Source of the DNA: Paraspadella gotoi
Lineage: Eukaryota > Animalia > Chaetognatha
Reading direction: 5' to 3'
Length of the DNA: 64,000 nucleotides
NCBI GenBank assembly: GCA_051294375.1
Contig: CM119268.1
Location: forward strand, 23,856,773-23,920,772
Shown here in pieces: positions 12,401 to 44,939 of the stretch. The notes under the pieces were generated by a model. That model saw only the letters and a list, made by a program, of their open reading frames with translations, did not search any database and was not told the DNA's origin. Position 1 is the stretch's first letter, and the number at the start of each line of letters is the position of its first letter. Both the position numbers and the translations under genes were made by a program.

Positions 12401-15374
12401 AAAGATTAATAGTATTTGTATTAGTAATACTTGCCAAATACTCAAAAACTTACTCGACTCTCATCTCCATCGATTTTCCGTTGCTGCTAATTTTGTCCGA
12501 CGAAAACGAAGCCAAAATCTCTACGTCTCCTTTTTTCCTCGGGCGAAACTGGACGATCCTCTCCAAAGTCGATTCGGCGGCCAAAGGTTCGGGCGGGGTC
12601 TCCACGGGATCCATGCGACCGCCTTCGAGTCTGAAGACGCAATTGAGAAGATCTTCCTTCAACGGGTTGGTGAAAGAGAGACGTGCTCGATGGAGAGGTT
12701 GAGAGAGAGGTGTCGTCTCCTCTTCTTCCTCCAACATCTCCACGCCCACTTCCGGCAAATCTAGATCCACGACGACTCGATCCGAGAAGAGGGTTTCCTC
12801 GGAACGGCTCGTCGAGTTGACCAAAACTCTGAAGTGAAGAAAAGCATCTTGACGAACGAATCGAAGGTATTCTTCATCCTCCACGGTCAACTTGAATGAC
12901 TTCGTTTCATTCGCCGGAAGATGTTGACATTTTAAATCTTCAATCTTTACCGAAGATTCGCTCAACGATTGTCCAGCGTAATCGTGAACCGTTACGGCGA
13001 ATCGGACGTCCACATCGACGGCCGCGGCCACTCGAACGATGAGAAACGCTTCGATAGAGTTTCCAGCTTTGACGGAAGGCGGCGTCGCGATAAAAGAGCA
13101 TCGCATTTTTATTTTCTTTTTTTCTAGAAATAGAATCATGTCTCGCACGTGACCATCGCCGCGCGGATAGACTTTTTTCAAAACTCTTTTTTCTTCTTCC
13201 GATTCCTCGGGAAATTTATAAAGATGAGTCACGTCCATCCTTTCGAAATTCCGATTTCCGACGCCTTTCGTGCTCACTTTTTTACCGATGCAACCCGGGT
13301 CGACTCTTACGATCACGTGACTTCCCCAATGTCTTTCGCGATTAAAGTCACAATCACATTTGTACTCGATCAATGTTCCGTTGACTTCGGCGAATATGAA
13401 TTTACCATCGAATGGCAAATTAACTTTTCCTTCCTTGATCGCCCGCACGGATGCAGGGCCGCAGCGGAGCAGGCCGCCGCTGGATTCCTGCGGCGTGGCG
13501 TCCAAAGCTTGCCATCCGTCGTACCCTATTTTTGGGTAAGGGGGAGAAAGACTTACTCATTTGGGTCAGTCAAAAGAAAGTATATGTTATTGCTATGTAT
13601 GAAATTGGTACAACCAATATAAAAATTATTCATTTAATAAATAAGCTATCTTGCCCCTGACAGGCTTTGGTGGTTTAAGGCCTCCATCACTCTTACAAGA
13701 TAATGACAATGCAGGTCTCTTCAAGCTTTCAATCAAGACTCACAATAAAATTAAAATTCCATCAGCAATAACTTACCTTTTGGCAAATCACGACGCCTGC
13801 ACCAACTTTCGTTCCAAACGTGAAAATTCCACCAAGAATCAAAACTTCTATTTCCGCCGTCGCTAGAGGAGAAGTAAGACTCCAGTACGAGGTTCTCGTT
13901 TTTGTCGTGACCCGAGTTGAAATTAGTGACGCTTCGTGTCGGAATTCCAAGTGCGCGACCAATGGTCGTGGTCACGGCCGAGAATACCCAACACTGGGCC
14001 CAACGAACTGGGCATTTCTCTCTCATCCACTGGGTCAAGATCTTTAACGACCCTAACCAGACCCAAGGCTCAGGGTGAGGCTCATAACAGCCGCCCCATT
14101 TTCCAAGAAGGACGCCGCCATCTTGATTATTGGCGTTGACCATTTGACTGATGAAACGCAATACGATGACAGGATTAGACCTGTCTTCGAAAACGCCCAT
14201 ACGCTCGATAATCTTGAATGCCGCTTCGTAGCAAGCGATCTCGTACTGAGCGAAATACCATGGGCGAGGCTTTGGCTCGGCGAATGTCCCGCAGAAGACC
14301 CGACCAACGTCGTTGAGGACAAATTCGTTGCGTTCAGATGGAAGAGGCATGAAGACGTCGTCTTGGGGACACCAAGAGTTGAAGAGAAGATACAGACGGG
14401 TTGAGAAGACGGATGCTGCTGATTGGGCGGCGGAAGCGGCGGCTGCTGCTGCATTTCCATCGCCTTTATAAATTTCGAAAAAGATTTGATATTTGCTGAT
14501 GGAAGCGTCGAATGGAATTTGAAGAGAAAAGTTGATCCAATCAGAAATTTGATTATTGGCAGGAAGACGGACTAAAGACCAAGCGTCGATCGAACTGTCT
14601 AGTGATAGAGAAAATGTGGGTATTTAGTTTATATTTGTTTTAATTATTATCATATAAAATATTGGTTTTTACGTTTTAGTCTATAAATTTATGAATCGGA
14701 TATTTTTATGGATCGTTGATATGATATGATATGATATGATAATGATATGATATGATATATGATATAATTCTCTTTCTTCATCTTGAGAAGGCAACATGGA
14801 TTATTGATCGCAAAAATAATTACTCTATATATCCTTTATGAAATATCAAAGTTAGTAATTTTCGAAATGCAAATTATAAATCTTTAACATCCTTTTAAAC
14901 AATCCCAATTTTCAACCATCATTAAACTTTTTTTTCAACTTATCTTTTTCCTCCAACACAATACGACTTCCCTTTGCTTCGCTCGGTCTCTCTCCGCTCT
15001 CAAGCGTCAGACGCAACAGAGCAGTATCCACCGCCGCCGCTGCGACTCGAAACCGCAGCCTCAAACCGCGCCGCCCGAAAATAGCGTCTTCGGCGTCGTG
15101 CGGCGAACGATAGTCGCTCGTGCGGTGCGCGGCGGAATTGGCTCGGCGCTGGAGATCGAGCCAGGCCGGCAGCGGCGCCTGCTTGATTGAAGACCAGGCG
15201 GACCGCCTGATGTCGTTGTCGTTGTTGTTGTTAGAGGAAGCCGTCGACGTCATCGTGTTCGTAGTTTAGGAAAAAAACAGATTTGGTTTTTTGTTTTAAC
15301 TAAAAATGTTTTGTTTTGAGAAAACTTGAAGTCGCGACAAAACGGAGAAAAAACAGGGAAAACCAGTTTCAGTT

Positions 15375-15427
<53 letters not shown>

Positions 15428-16122
15428 GGTTTTACTTTAATTCAAACAAGCGTCAAAGATTTAATCTAATCTTTACGCTTTCCAAAAAAAAAACCAACAG
15501 AAATAAGGAATTTCTGTCAAGTAATAACCTTATACGACGCTTACCGAGCTGATAAAGAAACAAGATGAGAATTAATAAACAATTATTAATAACAATACTA
15601 ATCGATTAGTTAAAAGAGTCTTTCTCCCAAATCTCTGATTTTATCAATCTCCTTCTCTTTTTTAATATCTCTGTCTCTATCTGTCTACTAATAAATTCTG
15701 TCTCCATCTTTCTTTTAATAACTTTCTATCTGTCTACTATTAAATTCTGTCTCTATCTCTCTCTTATCTTATCTCTCTCTATCTCTCTATTACCTTGTCT
15801 GTCTCCATCTTTCCTCTTATCTCATAATTCCCTTTCTCACCTTGGGAACGACCCAGTCTGTCTTCAAAGACGACGCCCGCTTCCCTCCGCCGCCGCCGCC
15901 GCCGCCGCCAGCCTCTCCTACATCTGCGACCGATTCCGGAGATCGTCGACGCCGTTCCACATCGGAGATCCTGACTCCGCGAAGAAGTTTAAAGGAAGTG
16001 GACGAGGAGTTGGAGGGTGTGCTCGTCGTCGTTGGAGGTGAGGGAGTCTCCTTTATCTCCAAGAGTTTCGTGGATGCGGTGGCGCCGAATCCTTTGTCTA
16101 AAGAATCCTTTATCAGGGCCAT
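6907..16122 (-). CDS. LRRC56: Leucine-rich repeat protein 56 (LRRC56/DNAAF12)-like, 7 coding exons
   Basis: Exons 16122-15841 (MALIK..GVRISDV..WVVPK), 11198-10977 (DVLISEHLTP..LPNLDKLRLSDS..RELGTG), 10429-10256 (VLWLCRCGLEELDGI..LKELYISYN..LDLEGN), 9851-9685 (LTLEGNPVC..LPALKYLDD), 9346-8840 (EDWAFIN), 8617-8411 (SELTYG..CGS), 7660-6907 (low-complexity tail to TGA). All junctions are GT-AG and phase-compatible, and the LRR motifs match LRRC56. The first exon is assigned by phase and weak similarity only. Confidence 0.85.
7863..8180 (+). mobile_element. Longest copy of an unclassified ~300-bp interspersed non-coding repeat
   Basis: TATGAAATTGGTACAACCAATATAAAAATTATCC..GGCTTTGGTGGTTTAAGGCCTCC..CCTATCAATGAAGTG. 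Partial copies at ~4958-5142(-), 13598-13745(+), 20424-20515(-), 21759-21870(+), 22070-22210(-), 33464-33580, 37310-37460, 47740-47860(-), 48262-48358, 59030-59115, 61596-61745(-), 62230-62330(+). Confidence 0.85.
9487..9582 (-). mobile_element. 72-bp insertion flanked by a 12-bp direct repeat; Penelope-like LTR fragment with the 3' half of a minimal hammerhead
   Basis: GCAAATGAGATT at 9487-9498 and 9571-9582; the minus strand of the insert reads CGAAAGCCGAAACATGTCCCTGTCATAATAAAA. Confidence 0.55.
11833..12061 (-). CDS. Putative terminal exon of the transglutaminase: acidic Ser/Thr linker, hydrophobic transmembrane segment, short tail
   Basis: Donor GA|GTAAGT at 12454/12453 and acceptor TTTCCAG|T at 12062/12061 give GAT TAC GGT in frame: DYGPTEASDSDFEEDIDD..GISFKSFIFVAIFAVGVAFFFWTQRDDELKGRAFETPF*. 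Confidence 0.7.
11833..15253 (-). CDS. Transglutaminase (protein-glutamine gamma-glutamyltransferase), 4 exons
   Basis: Exons 15253-14917 (N-terminal domain, HRTSDY..RRG), 14598-13777 (LYLLFNSWC, GVLLGKW, WAQCWVF with catalytic Cys, SVTNFNSGHD, WNFHVWNE with catalytic His), 13525-12454 (GYDGWQALDATPQE with catalytic Asp, CGPASV, FIFAEVN, C-terminal barrels, FTNPL), 12061-11833 (tail exon). Unspliced, the ORF stops at 12450. Confidence 0.93.
12149..12330 (-). mobile_element. tRNA-SINE-like repeat, truncated copy in the last transglutaminase intron
   Basis: Homologous to 34869-35113 and 60530-60794; shares the end AGCGCCTTATCC. Confidence 0.7.
13598..13745 (+). mobile_element. Copy of the ~300-bp interspersed repeat in transglutaminase intron 2
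   Basis: Matches 7863-8020. Confidence 0.85.
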
Positions 16123-16494
16123 AGTCTCTTTACTTGTGGGGAAAGGAAAGGGGCAGAATAAAGTGTGGGTAAGTAGTGTGTGGGTCCTTTGTGGTCAGTT
16201 AGGTTAAAACAACCACAATTAGGTTTAAAAGAAAGGAATTTATAATCAAGATAAAAAGTCTAGATATTTTAAAACGTTTTAAATTGTACTTTATCAAAGA
16301 TGAAGATAACAATATTCAATTCTAGAAAATTAATTTTTAACGGAAAGAATCCATAACCAAATTCATGCTGTCGATGTTCAACTATTTTACGAGACAAAAT
16401 ATACAAATCTTTGTTAATTTGATTTTGTATTATCGATTCTTTAAAAGGTTATATGTCCGTTCCTATAAGGTCATGATAAACACACCTTTATGGT

Positions 16495-16785
16495 TGTTTC
16501 TAGTTGCTACGCGACTTGACTTTTGTTCATCATTTAATTCGTCGAAAGAAATTGAAAAGAGGCCGCTCGTAGTCAGGGCTTTCGTTCGTTCTCCGACGTG
16601 CAAACAAAAGATCAGAACCTTCAATATATAATTAAAATATAAAAGTTTTATCCATATTATTAACCTTTCAAAATCTTCGTTTAGAATTTCAGTCAAAATT
16701 TAAGTGTAACACAGATTAATTGATTAATTTTTAAATTACCTCAATGAAAATCCGTTTGTTTATCCCCTATTTTCTAGGCAACTTT
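16495..16785 (-). promoter_or_regulatory. Candidate LRRC56 promoter with RFX X-box-like and forkhead-like motifs
   Basis: GTTGCTACGCGAC (16503-16515), TTTCTAGGCAAC (16771-16782) and TGTTTAT (~16757-16763) upstream of a motile-cilia gene; motif resemblance only. Confidence 0.35.
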
Positions 16786-17535
16786 TTTTCTATTTCTTAT
16801 ACACGTTTAAAAAAACAAATATAGTTAAATAGTCGCTCGCTTCCCGTAATAATATTATTGAGTAAGACTTCATTTTATGCTACTAAGTTTCTGAACTTGA
16901 TGAATTTAAATGTTAATTCATCAAATTTTTGAAAATCACTCGCTAGTGAGATTTAGAATTACGGTTGTTATAACTGAATTGGACATCCAGATATTTATTT
17001 AAGTAGATTCCTCGTCTATTTAGCTTAAAAATAAAATTTTTCAATTAAATATTTTCATTGATATCGTATCTCTATTTATTACCATCAGAATTGTCTAAAT
17101 CAAAACATTTTATTTCTCGATGAATTTTATTTAATTTAATCAATTTGTACAATATTCCGTACAATAAATTTCATTTCAAGAGAATAGATTACAAAAACAA
17201 ATTCGAAATAACGAGAGAAAATTCGAATAATAATAATAATATTATCAATAATAATAAAAGTTGGAAAACGAATTAACAAGTAGCATTTCTGTTACGAAGG
17301 CAAAGACGATTTCAAAATTTCTAAATTTAGAAAAATAAACAAGAGAGAAAAAGAGAGAAATAATGTATTTTTTTTTAAATATTTGAGTCTTTGTTAATCC
17401 TATTTTTATTAATAGGAAAACAAAAAGGATTTTGGTTCCAACTTCATTTGGAATCGAATTTAACATCGTAATAATATTATTTAAAAAATAATAAAGTTGG
17501 CTTTTTTAAAAACTTTTTTGAGCGAAAGAGCGAGA

Positions 17536-17596
<61 letters not shown>

Positions 17597-19140
17597 AGAG
17601 AGGTTTCAATGTTTCCTTTTTTGTTTCGGGAATTTGTTTTTGTGTTTTTGAGAAGAAAAAAAGAAAATCAATTAAATATATCACTAAATATTTTTTTTTG
17701 TTTTGGATTCGACGAAACATTTTGTTTCTTTGATCTGTCGACAACAACAACAACAACAAGAACAATCTAAGACTAAATTTAGGGCAAAACTGGATGAGAG
17801 AGAAGAGGGAAGAAGGGAGAGAGAGAGGGAAGAGGAGAGTGAGAGGGACGAGGGAGAGTGAGGAGGGGACGAGGAGATACGAGATAGAGAGGACGAGGGA
17901 GATACGAGATAGAGAGGACGAGGGAGATAGAGAGGACGAGAGAGAGAGAGATCGAGAGCGAGAGAGGGAGAGGAGAGAGAGAGGGAAAAGGGAGAGAGAG
18001 AGGGAAGAGGGAGAGAGAGGAAGAGGAGAGAGAGGGAAGAGGGAGAGAGAGGGAGAGGAGAGAGCAGGGGAAGAGGAGAGAGAGGGAAGAGGGAGAGAGA
18101 AAGAAAAACTAAATTCGCTATGAATATTATCTTTTGCAGAAAAATGAAAAAAACTGCATCGAGAAAAATATGTAGAATTTCTGTCATAAAACTTGAAAAA
18201 TGTAAATATTGGATCAGGAAAAAAGAAAAAAAGGCTGAAAAATTAAAAGAAGAAAAAAAACATGAAAAAATGTATTAAATCAAGAAAAAATTGAAAATAA
18301 AAATAAGCAAATAGAAGAATAACGAATATTTGAAAAAAAAAAATTTTCTATTCGGTTTTTGCAAAAATAACCGAAGAGTTTAAGGAAAAAGATGTTGAAT
18401 ATTTAAAATAATTTGTGAAGGAAACTACATCAATTTTTAAGTCGGAAACTACATCAGTTTTTAATGTCGGACTATTTTTTTTTGCAAAATACGAAACAAA
18501 AAATAATGTATTTTGACCGAAAGTTGCAAATTAATAAATGTAAATTAATTAATGTAAATCAATCAGCGGAAAAATTAAATAATTTAGGCAGCATAATTCT
18601 GAGCAGGTTGACATTAGGGGGAGAGAGAGAGAGGAGAGAAGAGAGGAGAGAGGAGAAAGAGAGAGAGAGAGAGAGAGGAGAGGAGGATGAGGAGAGAGAG
18701 AGGAGAGAGAGAGAGAGAGATGTGTGTGCGTGTGTTTCTTGAGATCCATGACTCACACATAAAAATCCATGAGACAGAGTCGAATTTTAATTGGTTTCAA
18801 GTCTTAAAAAATATGACGGAAGAATTAAAATCAAGTGGAAATCATTTCTAATTCGGTCCAAAATAAAATGACCCACATTTTGGGGACTGAGTTTTGTTTA
18901 GATTCTAATTCACGCAAGGAGAGGGAGAGGGAGAGAGAGAGAGAGAAACAGGGGGAGGGAGAGAGAAAGAGAGAGAGAAACAGAGAGAGAGATTAAAGGG
19001 CAAGGGGGAAGTTGTCTAGAGTTATTAGAGGATTGAAAGACAACGAGAGATAGAGAGAGTTTGGAAAGAGATGAGACGAAAGTTTCACAACGAGAGAATC
19101 ACAACGAAGGAGTCACGTCTCCTCCTCTTCCTCCTCCTCG

Positions 19141-39778
<20,638 letters not shown>

Positions 39779-42360
39779 TTTCGCGAGAGAGAGAGAGATA
39801 GATTTTCTTGGGTGAGGAAAAGGGAAGAAAGATGGAGACAAAGTCATTTTTTTTATACGTTTCCTTATCGAGTTTTATTTCCACTTCAAGATTTTTTCTT
39901 ATTCCTTTTATTTTTTTTTCTGAAAAAAAAAGAATAAAATAAATGAGGTAGACTGATCGTTCAAAAGGGTATTAAAGTATAAAGCGAAATACTGAGAATC
40001 ACAGGAATCACAGAAAAGTTCTCACAGATGTTGAGTTGGAGAGTGATTCGTGATCGACTTCTCGTCAACATCCCGAGTGAGAGAGAGAGGGATTGCGTCT
40101 GAGAAGGACGGCGGCGTTTCCCTTCATCAATAAAATGCCGAGGCGCTGGAAAAGATGGCCAACGGTTTCAGCCCATTCACGTCCGGTTTGCCAGGGCGAG
40201 GCCAATGTCCGAATGTGGAGGGCTGCATCGGGGTCTCAGGCTCCAAGGGTCTCGGCTGGAAGGGGGACGAAAACGATCCCTTCGGCGTGGCGTCGCCTTT
40301 GATACTTTTATTTCCAAGATTTTTCTTCTTTTTTCTTTTTTCTTTTTTCTTCTCTTTTATTTTCTCTTTTTTTCTATTTTTTCTCCCTTTTTCCGTTTTT
40401 ATCCTCCGGTTTTTATCTTTCGATTCAGACACAAAAATTAAACTTCGGTTTTTCTTCAAAGCGAATTTTTTTTTTTTTTTTTNNNNNNNNNNNNNNNNNN
40501 NNNNNNNNNNNNNNNNNNNNNNNNNNNNNNNNNNNNNNNNNNNNNNNNNNNNNNNNNNNNNNNNNNNNNNNNNNNNNNNNNNNNNNNNNNNNNNNNNNNN
40601 NNNNNNNNNNNNNNNNNNNNNNNNNNNNNNNNNNNNNNNNNNNNNNNNNNNNNNNNNNNNNNNNNNNNNNNNNNNNNNNNNNNNNNNNNNNNNNNNNNNN
40701 NNNNNNNNNNNNCCCTTAGAGATACAGGAGATATTGAGAAAAAGAGCGGGATAGAGAGGGAGACAGAGCGAGAGAGAGACGAATCAGCCTCGGTCAACTC
40801 GAAATCCCCAAGCAAAAAAAAAAAAAAAAATTAAAATCTTTCTCGTTTTTACAACAAAAAATAAAATAAAAATTCAAATTTATTTCACATCCGCGTTTTT
40901 CGCGATTTTTTTACGTCCCTGGTCCACGAGACACGAATCACGAATCACACCTCAAGTCATTGTGAAAACTTTTTTTAAGTTTTTTTTTTTAGTTTTAAAC
41001 GTGTGCGTTTTTTTTCGTTTAATTTTTTTCAATTTTGTAACGATTGTATAAATCCTCGGTTTGACGAACGATTATTAATTATTAATCCATGATATTAGTT
41101 ATTTATTTCGGGTTTTTTATTACTTTCACGATACGATTTTTTATTTATCCGAATAGACAGAATTGCCGGAATTCGTGAAAGGTTTATCCCGATTGTGAAT
41201 CGAAAAATCGAATTAAGGATAAATTTTTTTGGGTGAAAATCGAAAAATGGAGGAAAATCTGTGAAGAAGAAGAAGAAGAAAAATTCACGAGAGGAAAAGG
41301 AATTCACCGAAGGAGGAGGAGGAGGAGGAGGAGGAGGAGGAAGACGAAAACGAGGAAGTCGCTTTCATTCTTTATATTTTGTCTTTAAAAAGAAAAAAAA
41401 TCTGTAAACTCTGTGGGAGGAAGAGGAGGGGGAGGAGGAAGAGCAAGGGGAGAATTTAAGAGGAAGAAGAAGAAGAAGAAAAGTATAGAAAAGAAATAAG
41501 AGGAGGAAGAAGAAGAAGAAGGTAGGAATTTATGAGAAAGACGATGAAGAGGAGGATAACTATGTAAGTTCAATAGGATAAAGAAGAGGAAGAGAAACGA
41601 AACGCGAAACCACAATGAGAATTTGAATCGTGTGGAGGAAGATGAGGAGAAGTATAAAAAGTGAATGGGAGGAGGAAGAGGAAGAGGTTCGGCCGGCGTG
41701 CCCAACTGGAAAGAGGAAGAAAGAGCAAAGTAAAGAAACAATAATCTTTTCTTTAAAACGAGGGGGAGACAGANNNNNNNNNNNNNNNNNNNNNNNNNNN
41801 NNNNNNNNNNNNNNNNNNNNNNNNNNNNNNNNNNNNNNNNNNNNNNNNNNNNNNNNNNNNNNNNNNNNNNNNNNNNNNNNNNNNNNNNNNNNNNNNNNNN
41901 NNNNNNNNNNNNNNNNNNNNNNNNNNNNNNNNNNNNNNNNNNNNNNNNNNNNNNNNNNNNNNNNNNGAGAGAGAGAGAGATTTAAAAGTAATCGGCTTGA
42001 GAGAGGGCAGCCGGGAGGGAAAGAAAAGTAAAGAATAGAAAAAGAAAAGAATAAAATAGAAAGTAGAAAGAATAAAGATGGTTTATGGCTTGGNNNNNNN
42101 NNNNNNNNNNNNNNNNNNNNNNNNNNNNNNNNNNNNNNNNNNNNNNNNNNNNNNNNNNNNNNNNNNNNNNNNNNNNNNNNNNNNNNNNNNNNNNNNNNNN
42201 NNNNNNNNNNNNNNNNNNNNNNNNNNNNNNNNNNNNNNNNNNNNNNNNNNNNNNNNNNNNNNNNNNNNNNNNNNNNNNNNNNNNNNNNNNNNNNNNNNNN
42301 NNNNNNNNNNNNNNNNNNNNNNNNNNNNNNNNNNNNNNNNNNNNNNNNNNNNNNNNNNNN

Positions 42361-42397
<37 letters not shown>

Positions 42398-42624
42398 GGG
42401 ACAGAGAATGAAGTATCTCCCGTCGCGTCTCTGTCTCTCTCTCGCTGCGGTTTCGCTTCATTACCGCGACTGATTAAGGGGTTATAATTTTTTTCGTTTA
42501 TCTACTCTCCGGGATGATAGAGAGAGAGAGAGACAGAGAGAAAAAAAAGAGCGAAAGAGAGAGATCGAAAGAGAAAATTAGAAAGAGAGTTGTAATCATG
42601 GCGTGGGTTTTCTTTTGTTGTTGT

Positions 42625-42660
<36 letters not shown>

Positions 42661-43596
42661 ATTTGATTTGATTTATTAAGCTCATAATGACAATAAAACT
42701 CATTTAAATCACAGGATCGTAAGAGAGTCATACATGAATGTTATGTACATACAATTATCTAAGAACAAAGATATCATGTTGGCAAAGAATTTCAAATATA
42801 AGAATCCTTTTGTTTTAATGTATACCAATAACTTATCGTTCATTTTAATTGACTTGAAGAAATGTCTCCAGTCAAGCAAAATATAACAATAAATAAAAAT
42901 TGAATGAGCTTTGTCAAATATACTACACCTCGGTCTCTAAATGTCAAAATACGCTTTAACCGTCAGTTGATTTTCTATTTAAAATGCGTCAGGCCCAGGT
43001 GCAACGTCAACCACCGGAAATTCTAAAATTACAATATTTTATAGTCTCAATCTCAACAAGGCGTCATTTTCTTGTCTTGTAAGATGCATTAAATACGACT
43101 TTAAAAATATTATCGACTAATTAAATATCAATCTTATATAAATAATGACTCACTACAAATGCAAACAAGAAAATAGAATAAATAATCCTTAAAAAGATAA
43201 TTAAAAAAAAAACAACTCAAATTATCTGATTAAAAAAAATTGTTCTGTAGACAAAAGAGGAACCACAAATCTTAAGAACAAAAAAATTGTCAAAACAAAA
43301 AAAAAGAATTAATGTTTTTTTTTTCCGTCGCCAAAACGTAACAAAAGATTTATATTCATCGGGGGTCACCTCGGGTAGTTCCTACTGTAAACCGGGCCTC
43401 ACTGTAGCCCGCCGACAAAAAAGAAAAAAAATAATTACAGTAGGCGCGGCAGAGTTAAGAGGCACAAAAAAACTCCTCGAATTACAGCGAGAACCGACGA
43501 ACGCTGTAAATTAGTCTTCGGAGGAAAAATGAATGATGGATGAGAAAACGGGAAATGTCGATAAGAAAATTTAGGAAAGAGTCGGTGATTTAAAAC

Positions 43597-43646
<50 letters not shown>

Positions 43647-43894
43647 CAAGAAACGGTAATGTATAACCTACATAATTAAGGTCGGAAAGTCATCAATAAT
43701 GATTTAGTTAAACCGAGTAAATGAGTGAAGGGTTGGGGACTCGACGTAGATTTGTGGGGTTTGATGTGTGGGCATTTGTGGTGTGTGGGGTTCGAATCCG
43801 GGATCTTTGCGGTTGACTGGAGACGAGGAGAGAGAGAGAGAGTGAGAGAGGAGACGAGTCGCATTTGACTGGAGCGACAAAGTATCTGAATTAA

Positions 43895-44545
43895 TTAGGG
43901 CATCCAGATCCAGTTGGCCCTGTTTGCATATCTGATGTCTCTGTTTGTATCCGAATGTACTTGGCTTTGTTTACATATCTGAAGTATCTGATTGCATCCG
44001 AATGCACTTGGCTTTGTTTGCATATCTCATGACTCTGTTTGTATCTGGATATGGTTGGCTTGGTTTGCATATCTGATGTCTCCATTTGCATCCAGATCTA
44101 GTTTGCCTTGTTTGCATATCTGATGTCTCTGATTGCATCCAGATCCAGTTGGCTTATTTTTCTATCTAATGTTTTTGTTTGCATCCGCGTTATCTGGGCT
44201 TGTTTGCATACATGGCTACTAAAAGNNNNNNNNNNTTGGCTTTGTTTGCATATCTGATGTCTCTGATTGCATCTGAATGCACTTGGCTTTGTTTGCATAT
44301 CTGATGACTCTGTTTTTATCTGGATATGGTTGGCTTGGTTTGCATATCTGATGTCTCCATTTGTATCCAGATCTAGATGGTCTTATTTGCATATCTGATG
44401 TCTCTGATTGCATCCAGATCCAGTTGGCTTATTTTTCTATCTAATGTTTTTGTTTGCATCCGCAATATCTGGGCTTGTTTGCATACATGGCTACTAAAAG
44501 ATTACACTGACTCTACGTCTGGTTTGGCTTGTTTGCATTTTTTTA
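43895..44545. repeat. ~47-bp minisatellite (TTGGCTTTGTTTGCATATCTGATGTCTCTGATTGCATC..), partly duplicated across a 10-N gap
   Basis: Units at e.g. 44236 and 44283; 44100-44225 is repeated at 44385-44500. Confidence 0.9.
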
Positions 44546-44901
44546 CTTTTTTGGGCTTTGGTTGCATTTTTTAATTGATTAGTAAGGTTGAATATTTGAA
44601 ATAAATTAACAAAAAAAAATCTGGTAATCGATTGTGTATGACATTCGTTTGNNNNNNNNNNNNNNNNNNNNNNNNNNNNNNNNNNNNNNNNNNNNNNNNN
44701 NNNNNNNNNNNNNNNNNNNNNNNNNNNNNNNNNNNNNNNNNNNNNNNNNNNNNNNNNNNNNNNNNNNNNNNNNNNNNNNNNNNNNNNNNNNNNNNNNNNN
44801 NNNNNNNNNNNNNNNNNNNNNNNNNNNNNNNNNNNNNNNNNNNNNNNNNNNNNNNNNNNNNNNNNNNNNNNNNNNNNNNNNNNNNNNNNNNNNNNNNNNN
44901 N

Positions 44902-44939
<38 letters not shown>

